Shown: piece after piece, positions 13,373-25,164 of the stretch
Layout of the letters: every line of letters starts with the position of its first letter
Position numbering within the stretch: the first letter of the stretch is position 1
From: Klebsormidium nitens
Lineage: Eukaryota > Plantae > Klebsormidiophyceae
DNA length: 64,000 nucleotides
Reading direction: 5' to 3'
Assembly (NCBI GenBank): GCA_000708835.1
Contig: DF236954.1
Coordinates: forward strand, 62,001-126,000
Program-made: the position numbers and the translations under genes
Notes under the pieces: generated by a model
Seen by the model: the letters and a program-made list of their open reading frames with translations, nothing else
Database searches by the model: none
What the model was told of the DNA's origin: nothing

Positions 13373-16300
13373 ATGTTGCAGAGGGTGGATAAAGCCTTCT
13401 ATTACAAGCGGACCTCCATTGGCTTCGCTGTCAGCTTAGCTTTGCTAGTGTTTGCTGAGCGCAGCAGAGCAGACTTGGTAGAATCTGCACCTAGACCTGG
13501 GGCTCCTCTTCCTCCACCCATTCCTTCTGGCGAATGTCCCCTGGTCTTCCTGCAGGCAGACATACAGTATGCAAAGCAGACTGCATGCTCCTCAGGTAGG
13601 AACCGCATGTTGGTGTCAGCTAAACTTCTGCAATTCTTTCCAATTATTGGCTTGAAATATCACACTGTAGGTAGAACACTTGAAACTTTAAGGTCATAGT
13701 AAAGCCCTCAGGTGTGTCTGAAACCAACTCTTTATCTATACGAAGAAGTTGGGACCCTACGTGGCAGGCAACATAAGTGGAAGGATACACAGCTCCAGTA
13801 GACAAAAACTTCCTATCAAAGACTTTGGTAAATGAACAAGTGTCCCCCGAGCAAGCAACCTGGAAGATGGAAGGTTCCTTAGCTACACCCCCTCATCGGG
13901 CCACAAAGAATTTATCGTAGGACAGAGAGCTCGGTTTGCGCTTATTGGTCCATGACTTACAGTTCTGATAAATTACCCCTGTTGATAGTATATGGGTAAT
14001 CTAAAGCAGACCTTCATTAGATTGAGACACCCAGGCTCTGAGACCTGGGCTTACATGTCCCAATGCACGTCCTGCCACTGACAGAATCCTGAGCATGGTC
14101 TTGATAATTGTGAAGCTGACAGTCGGTTTGCTCCTTGGCTTCTTCAGGCACAGCTACTGCGAGCAGTGTAGGCGCAGCTGTTGCATCTGCCAACAGCCTA
14201 GCTACCACATGCTGCAGTCAACTGAAGGCTGTCCTTTGGAAGGCACGAGGGCGGTATGCCAACGAGACTGGACGCCTCCTCCTGCCTCAGGCATCTGCTG
14301 ACACTTGTGTCCAGGTACACATCTGAACTCAGTGTTTTTGTTCAAAGTCTTGCTTGCTAAGTCTACCAAATGCCCAGTCTTGGTTTCATATGATTGGCGC
14401 TCTGCTCCTAGATTGATGGTACTAGAAGAGTAGGGGTTCCCATGGAGAGTGCATTCGAGGGCTGGATCTCAAGCCGACTGATGCTCCAGCGAATTAGCCT
14501 GTAGAGTACAATGATGAGAATCTTGCAGGACACGATGGACTGTCTGCTTCCAAAGGCAACGCAGTATGCTGAGACAAGCTGCGAATCAATGCCCAAAGGG
14601 GTTTTTTTTCGCAGAGTTTGAACAACTCGGTGATAGCTGCTGGGCTACCTGCTGTTGGCACGTGCCAAATTGAGAGCGATGTATTCTCGGAAGATGCGGG
14701 GAAAGCATGTGGCGACGATCTCACGACTGTGTACAATTTTTGGTCTGCATCAAATCGGACTTTTCCAGGTATGTCAACGCTGCTATGAGTGTCAGTTGTG
14801 AAGATACTGATACTTTTGTTGGAGACAATGCTAGAACAGAGGGCTGCTTCCAAACGGTTTACTGGAAGTCCATCTATCAGGAGGTGATGTTCTTTTCAGC
14901 CATACTCAGATCGTCATGCACGAGTTGAGCTTATTATGGCATTACCAACACTGCAACGTTCTGAAGGACGGCTCGCTGCGAGGTGCGCGCAAGAAGAAGA
15001 CACTCAAAAGCTCGTTTCGAGCTTGTATCCCTACATATTTCTGAAGCAGCCCTATCGTACTTGCAGGAACGGTTGGTATCAGTTGCTATGGAGCAAATGC
15101 AGACTGCGGTCTCTGTACCACCCTCATTCAGAACAAGATTCTGTCACTAGGCAGCAGCGCCACGGCCTTGCTAGCATCGACGTCATGCCAAGGTAAGTTC
15201 CAGAAGGATATTGTAGTCCCTCTAGGAAAGATGCTTGCTTGATTTGAAGTACGGAAATCTTTCATTGCTTGTGCGCCTGAATGAAACAAGAAGGTTCAAG
15301 TCTGAGATAATCATCCGGAGACTTCTTCACGGAAAGCGCAGTCAACCGGAGACGTCCGTTGATGGCCTTTTTGTGCCGACTTCTGCACTTGGAACCAAAA
15401 ACTTGAATATTGAAGCATTCCTGCATACCGCAACGAACCTGCCTGAAACGAACCTGAGAGGCGAGGGTCCCGCCTCCAGTCTAAGAGTCCAAGCCCTCCT
15501 TTCGCTAGATCTGCGACTCGTTCATGTAGCTCGGTAGCAAAAACAAGAGCTGGGCTTGGTAAAAGAAAGGATTCTCCGGCAACGAAAAGTCGCAGGGTTG
15601 GGCAGGCACGTGATATCCCAGACTGTTACCCTTTTTCCGCAGATCTTGCTCAGGTTGCAATGGCCGCGGCGGCATACCCCCTCGCCATCGCAAACGGCAT
15701 CGCTCGGTGCCTTTACACCGTGGACATTGCACCCATTCCTCAAGCAACCAAGTGCACGTCGTACGATTGGTCGAGGCAGAACTGGACGTCCATCGTTCGC
15801 AGCTGCGGGCCGGAGAAGTATCGAGCGGACCGCTGCTGTAATCTTATATACGGACAGTACCAGATGATGCTGGCAGCCAGCCTGAACAAGACGAACTACG
15901 TGTTGGACCAGGTGAGACGCGCTTCGCATGGATGTCAGGAGCGATCGCGCGCGCGCACAGGAAGATTTTGCTGCTAAACAGGCCTCGTTAGCACCGTGGT
16001 TAAGGCGCTAAGCAGTCCGCCCACCCAGGGTCTGCTCGGCGTCCCGTTTACCTTACTCTGGTCCAGGGTCTGGTGAGGAGAAACCAAGTTCCGGTTACTT
16101 TAACCAGAGTCTGGTCGAGGGTCTGGTTAAATTTTCAACCAGACTGTCAATTCGGAGGGTTTGAGATCTTCTTGAGACCAAAGCGCGTCGTTTCTTTGCA
16201 CGGCCATAGTGGGGTGCTGCCTGACAATAGGGTCCGACCATCTTGGCCACAACCTGCTTCTACGCGGAAATCTGTGCTGTATCATACTGCAGGTAGGCAT

Positions 16301-19300
16301 TCGTATCTCCATTTCGTACCTCAGACAGGCGATACTTGTATTTTGCTACCTACGGATATGGTTGAAGGATTTGTTTTCACCGGCACTGCAATCTGTTGAA
16401 GCGATCCGTTTTTCCGATAGCCCCTTTTGGAAGGCGCCTTTGCCGGGGCGAAAACGGCGAGTCACCCGACACTTCTCAACACCGGTGGTTTGCTCGTTTG
16501 CGGAGTCTCCTTCTTTTGTTTGTTCTTTTTGCCCGTGGAAACACGTTCATACGATCCTCCGCAACCAGGACCTACAAAACTGTCCAGTCGAGGTAGTAGC
16601 TCTCACGGAGACTCCGCAATACCCTAGGCAAAGGACCTTCAACTTCTCTTTTCACTTCAGGGGCAATCCGACGTATGCTTCTCGGAATTCAAGGCTTCAC
16701 TCGTCGCGCAAGGCATTCCCCCCGCCACGCCAGAGCTCTGTCGCGTGACACCCGCAAGCGGTCTCTTGAACATCGGTTGTTTCAACTACTCCACACTTCA
16801 ACAAACGATTCCCACCCGTTACTTCCATTACTTTGCGGGCAACTGCACGCGTGCGTCGCCCGACAACTGCCGCCACTGCACACAAACTCTCATCGACGTT
16901 GGAACCGAGCTTGCGAACAACACCAGTGTCGAGTACCTGAACTCTTGCCAGCAGCTGGCTGTGCATCAGTATTACCGGTGGCTTGGCAGGATCGACTTAC
17001 CACCCGAGCCAGCGAATTGCTACTATCAATTTCCCCCGGGGCTGGAGCTCACGATAGTGCCCTTACCCCCGGGCAAAAGCTCGTCCAAAGTTGGCCTCGT
17101 AGCCGGGCTGAGTTCCGCAAGCGCGGCTGTGCTTCTTGCGGTACTAGCGGGTGTTGCCTTCTTCCTGTGGAGGCGTTATCCTCTGTACAAGGCCGAGTGG
17201 GACGCCGAGAAGAAGACGCTCGGCCGCTTATCGTCGCTGCGACAGAGGGTCGTGGGGACGCGGTTGCAAGTGTTCACGAAGAAGCAGCTGAGTAAAGCGA
17301 CCCAGGACTTCAGCGAGAGCCGTTTGGTGGGCGTTGGGGGTTCGGGAAAAGTGTACGTCGGAGAGCTGAACGGGGAAGTAGTTGCGGTGAAGGACGCCAC
17401 GTTTGGGTCCAACAAAAATGGAGCCAAGGTAAGAAGGCAACTTGAGCTGTACAGGATGTGAAAAGCCTTTGTTATTAGGAACGCGATCAGTACTTCGCAG
17501 TCTAAACTTCTCTTACACGCATCTTTGATCGCCCCGAATCGCTCCAAGACTGCCTTTGGAAAATAATGATCTTGGGAAAAGGCGTTTTCTTGGGGAGTGG
17601 CTTCGTGATCAAAACCAAGTGATCAAAGGTAATCTGGGGTGCAAGATGGGTTCGGGTCGGGGGGGGGAACTAGATTGGAATTTCTTGCTTGGACGGTGGC
17701 AATATGACGGTGGACTAGGAGCGGCCGCTTGTTTCGGTTCGTGTCCAAGCCCTCCAGACAATTCTGCTCATCCATCGGTGGAAGTCTTTACTCTCCCGTC
17801 CTTCCTGGCACTTTTTGGCTCTTCAGAACTGACAGGTTTTGTCCTCGCAACAACACGAATCGTTTTCTCAATGATCGAAATACAGAAGGATTCGAGAGGT
17901 CTGTAGGACATACGCCATAATTGGCATCGAACCCGACATTGACTATCGGCGGGTTGGTCAAAGGGCACTTGATAAGCCACGAGCTGGTCAAGTACACTAA
18001 TGGTCAACCTGTGTTTGCTGCAGGAAGCATGGAACGAGGTCGCAACTCTGGCCCAGTACCGGCACCGTCATCTGGTGGTCCTTAAGGGCTGCTGCATCTC
18101 CGGAACGCACTCCTTGTGAGTTGGCCACTGCCTTTGCACTGCAGGCGAGAGAGTTGTCTGCGCTTCTTGTTGCTCGTTCGGGATGTCAGCTTGTTACAGA
18201 AGTTGTGATCTTCAGTCGCTTGATTTGGGCAGCTCACAGGAAGTTCGACGCCGGATCCCTTTTGAAGCTCTTCTCAGGGCGTTGATGGTTTCCGCCGCGT
18301 TCTTTCAGCTCCACTTCCTCGTGTCCGTCACAGCCCTACAACACCTTGCACTGCTCGTCAATACACTTGTCCTGGCTGCCAACCACAGACTTTCGACGCT
18401 TTGCAGAAAAAGATATACCGACCCGGGAACAGCTGCTTGACCATAATTGATTCCCTCTGCAGCCTGGTCTACGAGTTTCTGGAGCAAGGCAGCGTCGACG
18501 ACCACCTGTGCCCGGTGGGGGTAGTCCCGGTTGGCCGCCCCGCTGAGCACAGTGTGCGCGCGCACTACTTGGACTGGCCCACGCGCGAGAAGATCGCCCT
18601 GGGGACGGCCAAGGGGCTGGCCTACCTGCACGAGGTGAGTCAAGTCGCCGTGTCAGGAGAAGCTGATAAGTTTCGAAGTTCCGACCCTTTCAGATAGGAG
18701 GAACTCGATTTGGAAGAAGGAACAATCTGCTGATGCTTCATGAGATTGAGCTTTTGTCTGCGATTTTTGAGGCCGGTGATTTGAAGATCGAGTGTCCGCT
18801 GATACTAAACTTTTCTGATCATCCCCTTAACCGCAAGCTCGTTGATTGGGGCTTCGTTGGCATCGTTTCTTCAGGGCCTTTTCCGGAATGAAGTCGGAAG
18901 ACACACAGACATTTGCAAGCAGGAGTTAGTGGCATGGCAGATACTCTGCTCTTGGTCATTCTAAGTTCCACCTGAGCTGTCTGTTTGCGGGTCCTGCAGT
19001 AAAGGCGACATTTTTCCCTTGATTCGACAACGGTCCGTAAAAGCTATATCTTTTCTCCCCCAAGAGTGTAAGCCGCGGTGTATTCACCGAGACGTGAAGC
19101 TGAGCAACATCTTGCTGACCAACGAATTTGAAGCCAAGTTGGCCGACTTCGGACTTGCAAGGCGTACAGACCCGCATGACACGCACGTCACCACAGGTGG
19201 GTGTTTCTTTCCGGAATGAAGCATGCGGTAGCCATGACTCAGTGCATCATGTGCATCGGATTCAAAAGCTTCACGCACGTAGACACTAGGTGAGCCTCAC

Positions 19301-21638
19301 TTTATTGTGCCTTACTCGGAGTCCAAGAAGCTGAGAAGGAAGATTTCCAGGCGGCGGTAATTCAGAAGCCTCACCCTTAGGGTTGCGGTCTCTCGCCGTT
19401 TCCTCGACGCTCGGAGGACTGCTCTTACTCAGTTGCCTCTCCAAGTACGGTACTGAGACGAGAGATTTGTGCTTGAGCACTCCTGCTGGTCATCACATAC
19501 GTTGGACAACCGGCTCCGGGCTGTCCCTGCAATTGACCCCTCTTATAGCAGCAAGGATGACTTCACTGAGTTTGTGATTCACTTTTCTGTTTGCAGCGAT
19601 CGCCGGCACGTGGGGCTACTTAAGCCCCGAGTACATGGCCACCGGGAAGCTCACCGAGAAGAGTGACGTGTACAGCTTCGGGGTGGTGCTGCTCTGCCTC
19701 GCGGCCGGGAGAAGGCCCACTCAACCCAACGGACCAGAGGACCAGGTAAGAACTCGGGGCGGTACCCTCTCCGTCTCTGGTTCTTGAGCCGAAAATGATG
19801 CTGATAAGGCATAGCTGGGCGGCTCGCTTTTACAGTACGCTTTGACCAGACGTTCATTTAGTTATGTCCACTCTTTTGACATCAGCTTCGGATTGGGGTG
19901 GTTGCGGAAACGCTTCCCCAATTTGCGGTTGATTCGAGCGGTGACCGTGGCACTGGTGGGGACCTTCGCCGTCAAGTTCTCGTTAACCAGATCAGAAACG
20001 TTTCGTGCCGCCAAAAGCCTGGTCGAAGCGTCAATCAACAGCTTTACTTTCGACTCGTACGTACCGTACCGTACCCAGCGCTTCGAAGTCACAAGCCGCC
20101 CCAACAAGGTGCAAGGTTTCTTGGAGAGTCTTTCTGACAAGAACCCGCCGTAGATCGCTTTCGCCCCCTCGTTGGTTGCCTTTCATCTTTAGGAAAGTAC
20201 ACTCTGCAAGTCCAACAGAGGGCGAATCCTACTTTCAATCGCTCTTGTCATCATTCCGCCAGATCCACCTACCGGAATGGGCGTGGTCCCTTGCGGAACG
20301 GAACGAGCTCGAGCAACTGATCGACCCGCGGCTCGAAGGGGAGCAACGGGAGTACGCGGCGAACATGGAGCGCACGACCAAGGTGAGAAGTCGCCCGTCT
20401 CTCTTCTCTCAGAACACGTCAGGGCGTACGTCAGCTTTTGAAAGGGCGGCAGGGAACAGATGGGCTGGCGGCTGTCAAGAAGGGGTTTCGCGGTCACGGT
20501 GCGGAACTGATCATGTCGCATCAAAAATGGCGACCACGCACCTACGCATACCCCCTTTTCTGTCAATGAACAAGATCAGTGCTTCGCAGCGCCATGAAGA
20601 GAGACATCATGAACTTTGTCGCTCCAAACGAGTCTTCTGCCGCTTGCAGTATTTCCTGCAATAAAGGGTATTATTGGATCGGACTCGTGACGTTGCCCAG
20701 AAATTCTGATTAGAACGGCGTTGTATCATCGACTTTTCACCGACGTTGTGTTATAGACTTTTTCCCGGCGTCCATCAAGCCGGTCCCGGTGCTTTCAGGT
20801 CACCAAGAGCCACTGGTGTAAAATTTCGGCAACATGAAAGCAATACTGCGAGCTTGCAGTCGCCCTATGGTTGTTTTGGGTAAAGTCTTTATGGGTGCCG
20901 GTCGCTCACCTAAAGGTACTACCACCACCCCGACGTCCTTCAGGAATGACTCCTACCAGGTCAAACTTCCTTTCAAGTTGGGAATGTCAGTCTCTCCGAT
21001 CCGCTGGGCCTCCTTGCGCAATAGAGATGGCGTGTTCTGGTGTTACTGACGGCGGCGGAGGCAGCTCGATCCTCGAGCTTGCACTTTTCGATGGGGCCAT
21101 CGTTCAGCGGCTTTGTACTACTGCGCCAATGCGAGTCAACGCGACTTTCGGAAGGCAACGAATCAAGTACATATATCATTGATCGCTTCTATGCTAGAGC
21201 TTTGTATTCAAAAGCGAAAGAGGGCGGGGACCCCCGCCTGTATGCAGAAAGCGCGCGCAGTTCAAGGGCACCAAAACCGGGTGGACGAATTGGCTGCTTA
21301 CTTAACTCAACAGGTTCCCTTTCGTTCCGGTTTCTACTTTCTGTGATCAGTCTTTTGAGTCTTTTTAACCCCTTTTCCAGATTGCTCTGCTGTGCGTCCA
21401 CACGGCGGCCAGCGTCCGGCCCAGCATGCGGCAGTGCGCGGACATGCTCTTGGGGCGGATGGAGGTGCCCCGGCTTCCGAGGCGCCCCCCGACCCTCTAT
21501 ACAATCTCCTCGTTGGCGTCGTCCGATCCTGATAGTTCAGCGGGGCTTTCCTTGGGGCAACAGAGCTCGAGCCTGAGCACTGGGGGCGCCGGAGGGTTCT
21601 CCACTTCAAGCGATCATGATGCGAAAAGCATCCCTTAG
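13373..21638 (+). CDS. Receptor-like Ser/Thr kinase (RLK/Pelle) with signal peptide, two tandem SPARK-type Cys-rich domains, a TM helix and an RD kinase domain
   Basis: 12 exons: 13373-13595, 14148-14314, 14615-14768, 15067-15192, 15643-15911, 16661-17428, 18024-18115, 18463-18634, 19067-19196, 19597-19745, 20263-20382, 21381-21638, all phase-compatible. Kinase motifs: [52 protein letters not shown] helix: [27 protein letters not shown]. Confidence 0.88.
20800..21110 (-). mobile_element. Possible degenerate pogo/Tc5 (CENP-B-type HTH) transposase fragment in the last RLK intron
   Basis: The minus strand reads ...[34 protein letters not shown] (about 20925-21035), resembling the Tc5 HTH pattern 'lrekA..ia..lg...FkaS.gWl..F..r.gi'. 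It has a stop and a frameshift; no TIRs were identified. Confidence 0.4.
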
Positions 21639-23770
21639 GTTTTGTTGATTCTCTCGATGTGGGGTCTGCTTCCGGCTTATCAAAATGTGTTTGTACCGCT
21701 TACAGTACGCTGATCCACTTCCAAGCTAGCTACTTAAACAGCATATTTCGTCTTTGGGACATGTAGTTATAAGTGACGTTTAACAGTAAGTGTATTATAG
21801 AAGATGGTCACAGGAAGATAACACTGATTCTTCCAGCCGACGGAACAGAAGTAACTTAGTACGTCGGGGTTTATGACAGTCAAATAGGTACAGTATAGAA
21901 AGTTTGAAGCGGCCCCGGATGTTAGAAGACCTGAAGTACCCGCGCCTTCCTCAGGAAAAGACGTGAGTACATTAGTCCAAAGAGAATCGATTATGTTGCA
22001 AGCAACCCGTCAGTAGCGAGTGATCGAGTACCCCGTTACCTGCAGTCTTTTTGCCCCCGTTACATTGCTTTACGGATCGCGACACTCTGTCTTCTCTCTA
22101 GAATCTAGAATGTTCTCCCCAGATCAAGACGTCTTCGCCAGTTGTCCTCTCATTCTTACTAGTTCTTTCGCGATTGGAAAGCCCTTTTTCTTATGGCTTC
22201 AATCGTTGCTTCTCTGATCACGATCTGAGCCCACCTTCGAATTTCTTTACTACCATCTTGTTTTTTGGCTGACTGAATTGGAGACGCCTTCGAGCAGGAA
22301 ATGCGTTCGTAGGAGAACGGCCTACGAAGCCGGCGGCAGCCGACAGCCTTCACGTACCCTGCCATAGAACCGCCGACAAGATTCGCAGACACTCGTTTTC
22401 GTAGATAGCGCAATACCGCTTTACATCTTTTCAGAGGTCCCTGATCCGAATGCGGCAGTGCGCTAAACCGATTGAGCCTTCTGCACCAGGTCGAAGATTG
22501 CAGCTTCATTCCAAACTTAAGACTCATGTGTCTGAAAGAGGATGTCTCGTTCGCCGTGAATCAGGCCCGAATGAAGGCAATAATCCCGTCTGTTCAAATC
22601 TCGGCCGTTCTGTTGACAGACTGCCCGCGTCATCCACCCAAGAAAGCCCAGCAGCTGATAAAAGCGCTCGCGTCAAATTTCTCTTCAAGTGCGCTCGCCT
22701 ATCAATTGTAAGGTAGCGTCTTCAAACGCGGATACATCATCTGAAAGCTTCTGGCCCAAAAGTTTTTGCATGTCTCTCCGGCTTAACGACGTTTCTTTCG
22801 GCTACGTTTTGTCAGGCTACAGGAGTGGTGCGAGGTCAGATGTCAAATATCATATGCTGTACTCGTTCCAAAGAAACACCATCGGTTGCCGCTCCGTATA
22901 TTCTTCTTGCGCGCCGTGATTGCACAGACCGCTTAATTGAGGTGCCCACTATGCGGAGCGGTCTGAGTCAAATCTAAAAACCGATACAAGCTGATAGACG
23001 CGCGCTTCTGGCAGCTTCGAATTGGTGAGGTCCGGACTCATTCTCACAGACTCTTCAAATTGGTCACTGATGTATACAGATCATTAGACTTGCCTACAGT
23101 AAGTCAAAATACCGGAGACAGAGGAGAAGGTACGGATCGAACGAGGGAGAGAGCTTCGAGGTGCATGCTCACTACGTGCCGGCTTCCCAATCCTGAAAGG
23201 TAACCATTGTGAACTCGGTTGGCTAGCCATCAGCCTAGATGCACACATACAGCAACTTTGTGTTCCGCCGCATCGAAGCTCTTTGAGAACACGACTGTGG
23301 ACCCAGCTTGCCATAATATGCAGCATAAGTCAGTAAAAGCCGATCATACTGCAGGAGGAGAAGACACTCAGGTACACGTGGATTTGGATCATGCTTCACG
23401 AAATGGAGAGCTTTAAGAGATTACTCGATTTTCTTGGACTGCTTCGAACAAGTCAACAGTTTCACTATGGAAGATTGTCTAGTTGTCTACTCACAGGGAC
23501 TATGTTGAAGCAGAAGAGTGTTCATGACGGAACACAGAACAAACTGCTCTATGTTAGCTCTACTAACTAAGCAGCATTACAACAAGCCGTACTACCCTGT
23601 TGCTATATGTTGATCCTAACCGGGGCGACTGTTCCTTTGAGATAACCAATGGCCATGCATTCTTGGTTATAGAAACTATAAAGGCCTTGACTGCGTGTAC
23701 TACAAGAGATAAAAGTACCAGTTATTTCCGCTCTCTACTTAAGTGCTACGCCTTTCTGAAAGTGGCGCCT

Positions 23771-24811
23771 TTAGATCCAGTTTTTGAGTTCTGGTGCTTC
23801 ATGAAGAAGCTTTACGATGTCCTTCAGTGGCAGATACGTTGCGCCGGTGAAGAATCTACTTTCAGGAGATTCCGGAACTAAGGAGGACCTTTCGAAAGCC
23901 TCCCAGTTGATGAAGCCGACCTCCACAGCAATCTTATCAAACAAGTGCACGAGGTACTCGGAAGTCTCCCATTCAGGTAACAAGCTGCGCGTAGAAAAGG
24001 TTGAGAACCGTTCAACGTGGTCGTCGTAGCACCGCAGGCGCATCATGGCTCCAGCGCGATTGCGCGCCATAAAGTATGTTTCACCCTCGCCGTCTTCAAA
24101 TGCCTTGAAGCGTTCAGGCTGCAGCGCCGTTGATGCTTGCAAGCGGTGGTAGCGACCCTCTGCTCCTTCTTCCGGAGCCACCAGAGACTCGTAGGTCGCG
24201 GGCTTGCAGTGATCCAGCAGGCTCTGCAGCTTTCCGTCGGCCTTGCGCATGAGCTTCCACGAAAACAGTACGACTGACCGCTGAGGCTCCACAGGAGAAG
24301 TGGTGCATTGCCGCCGAGCTGCTTTAGGCGTCAGACGCATCGTATTGACCACTGCCTTGCAACCAACATTCTTGGGATGCTTGAACTCCCACTCATCCTG
24401 GCAGCCCTGGAACTCGATTTCAAGCTCGCTGCACTCTGCTGAACAAAACAATTGACTTTTGTTCATGGAGACGTCCATCAGCATGACGTGAGCTGAAAGG
24501 TCCAAATCTGGGGGAGTCACCCTCTGAGAGTCGCAATTCTGATGAACTTCACCCGCCACTTTCCCGGTGAGTTTCATGAAAAGTTGTTTGTAGAGGCAGA
24601 CCCCTCCGATCCCACCATAGTGTTTGACCACGAGTTCCATAGCTGGAGATGTTGTGATAGAAGGGCTGTGGCGCTCGCAAAAGGTCTTCCAGGCAAGGCT
24701 TCCGTCCAGCGCTTGCCTGAGCGACGTTGAGAGAAGGGCCAGGCTGCATGTCTCCTTGGTTGTCAGAAAGGAGAGCAGGTAGTCGAAAGGAGGAGTATCA
24801 AGCGCCTCCGT
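23771..24811 (-). CDS. Intronless F-box protein, paralogue 1; start codon reads ACG (pseudogene, non-AUG start, or N-truncated form from ATG 24640)
   Basis: The frame is open from ACG-GAG-GCG-CTT-GAT (24811) through TEALDTPPFDYLLSFLTTKETCSLALLS...AWKTFCERHSPS into ORF 23771-24640. It is collinear with paralogue 27909-28934, which starts ATG-GAG-GCG-CTT-GAT. Confidence 0.75.
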   Translation of the reverse strand, partial: TEALDTPPFDYLLSFLTTKETCSLALLSTSLRQALDGSLAWKTFCERHSPSITTSPAMELVVKHYGGIGGVCLYKQLFMKLTGKVAGEVHQNCDSQRVTPPDLDLSAHVMLMDVSMNKSQLFCSAECSELEIEFQGCQDEWEFKHPKNVGCKAVVNTMRLTPKAARRQCTTSPVEPQRSVVLFSWKLMRKADGKLQSLLDHCKPATYESLVAPEEGAEGRYHRLQASTALQPERFKAFEDGEGETYFMARNRAGAMMRLRCYDDHVERFSTFSTRSLLPEWETSEYLVHLFDKIAVEVGFINWEAFERSSLVPESPESRFFTGATYLPLKDIVKLLHEAPELKNWI

Positions 24812-24869
24812 GTTTCAGCTTTGAGTGCAGAAGTGCAGTGCTATGCAGTTCGTTTCTGAGGACACAGTT

Positions 24870-25025
24870 TCACCTGAGGACGCGGCCCCGCAAGCGCCGC
24901 GGGCGCCTCTAGCCCATCAAACCCGGCGCGATCTAAACCCCTGCTCTTGCATTAAGGCGGCCGCGCAAACGCGCGCCGACGGCCGCGCGGCATCGCGCGC
25001 GGAAACGCGACGCACTAGAGTCAGT
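24870..25025. promoter_or_regulatory. GC-rich putative bidirectional promoter between divergent F-box genes
   Basis: Lies in the roughly 350-bp gap between the two starts (24811 and 25165). It shares AAGGCGGCCGCGCAA(A/G)CG(C/T)GCGCC and AAACCC(C)T elements with 28995-29125 upstream of paralogue 3. Confidence 0.5.
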
Positions 25026-25164
25026 AGAGTGCTCGTCTCTTGAGGAATGCACATGCCAAAGCGCTCACCCCGTTTTGTTCAGTTCAGAAAGTTGTTTCAG
25101 AGCTGCGATTGGCTTTAATACTTCATTTGCTTGCCAAATTTCGCCTGGAAGCTAAGTCTTCATC

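Noticed and set aside
15985-16060. TAGCACCGTGGTTAAGGCG resembling a tRNA D-arm/A-box (tRNA or SINE)
   Set aside because: No B-box/TpsiC arm or cloverleaf can be formed.
19842-20153. About 100-aa ORFs on both strands in RLK intron 10
   Set aside because: No ATG or recognisable family; flanking exons join in frame without them.
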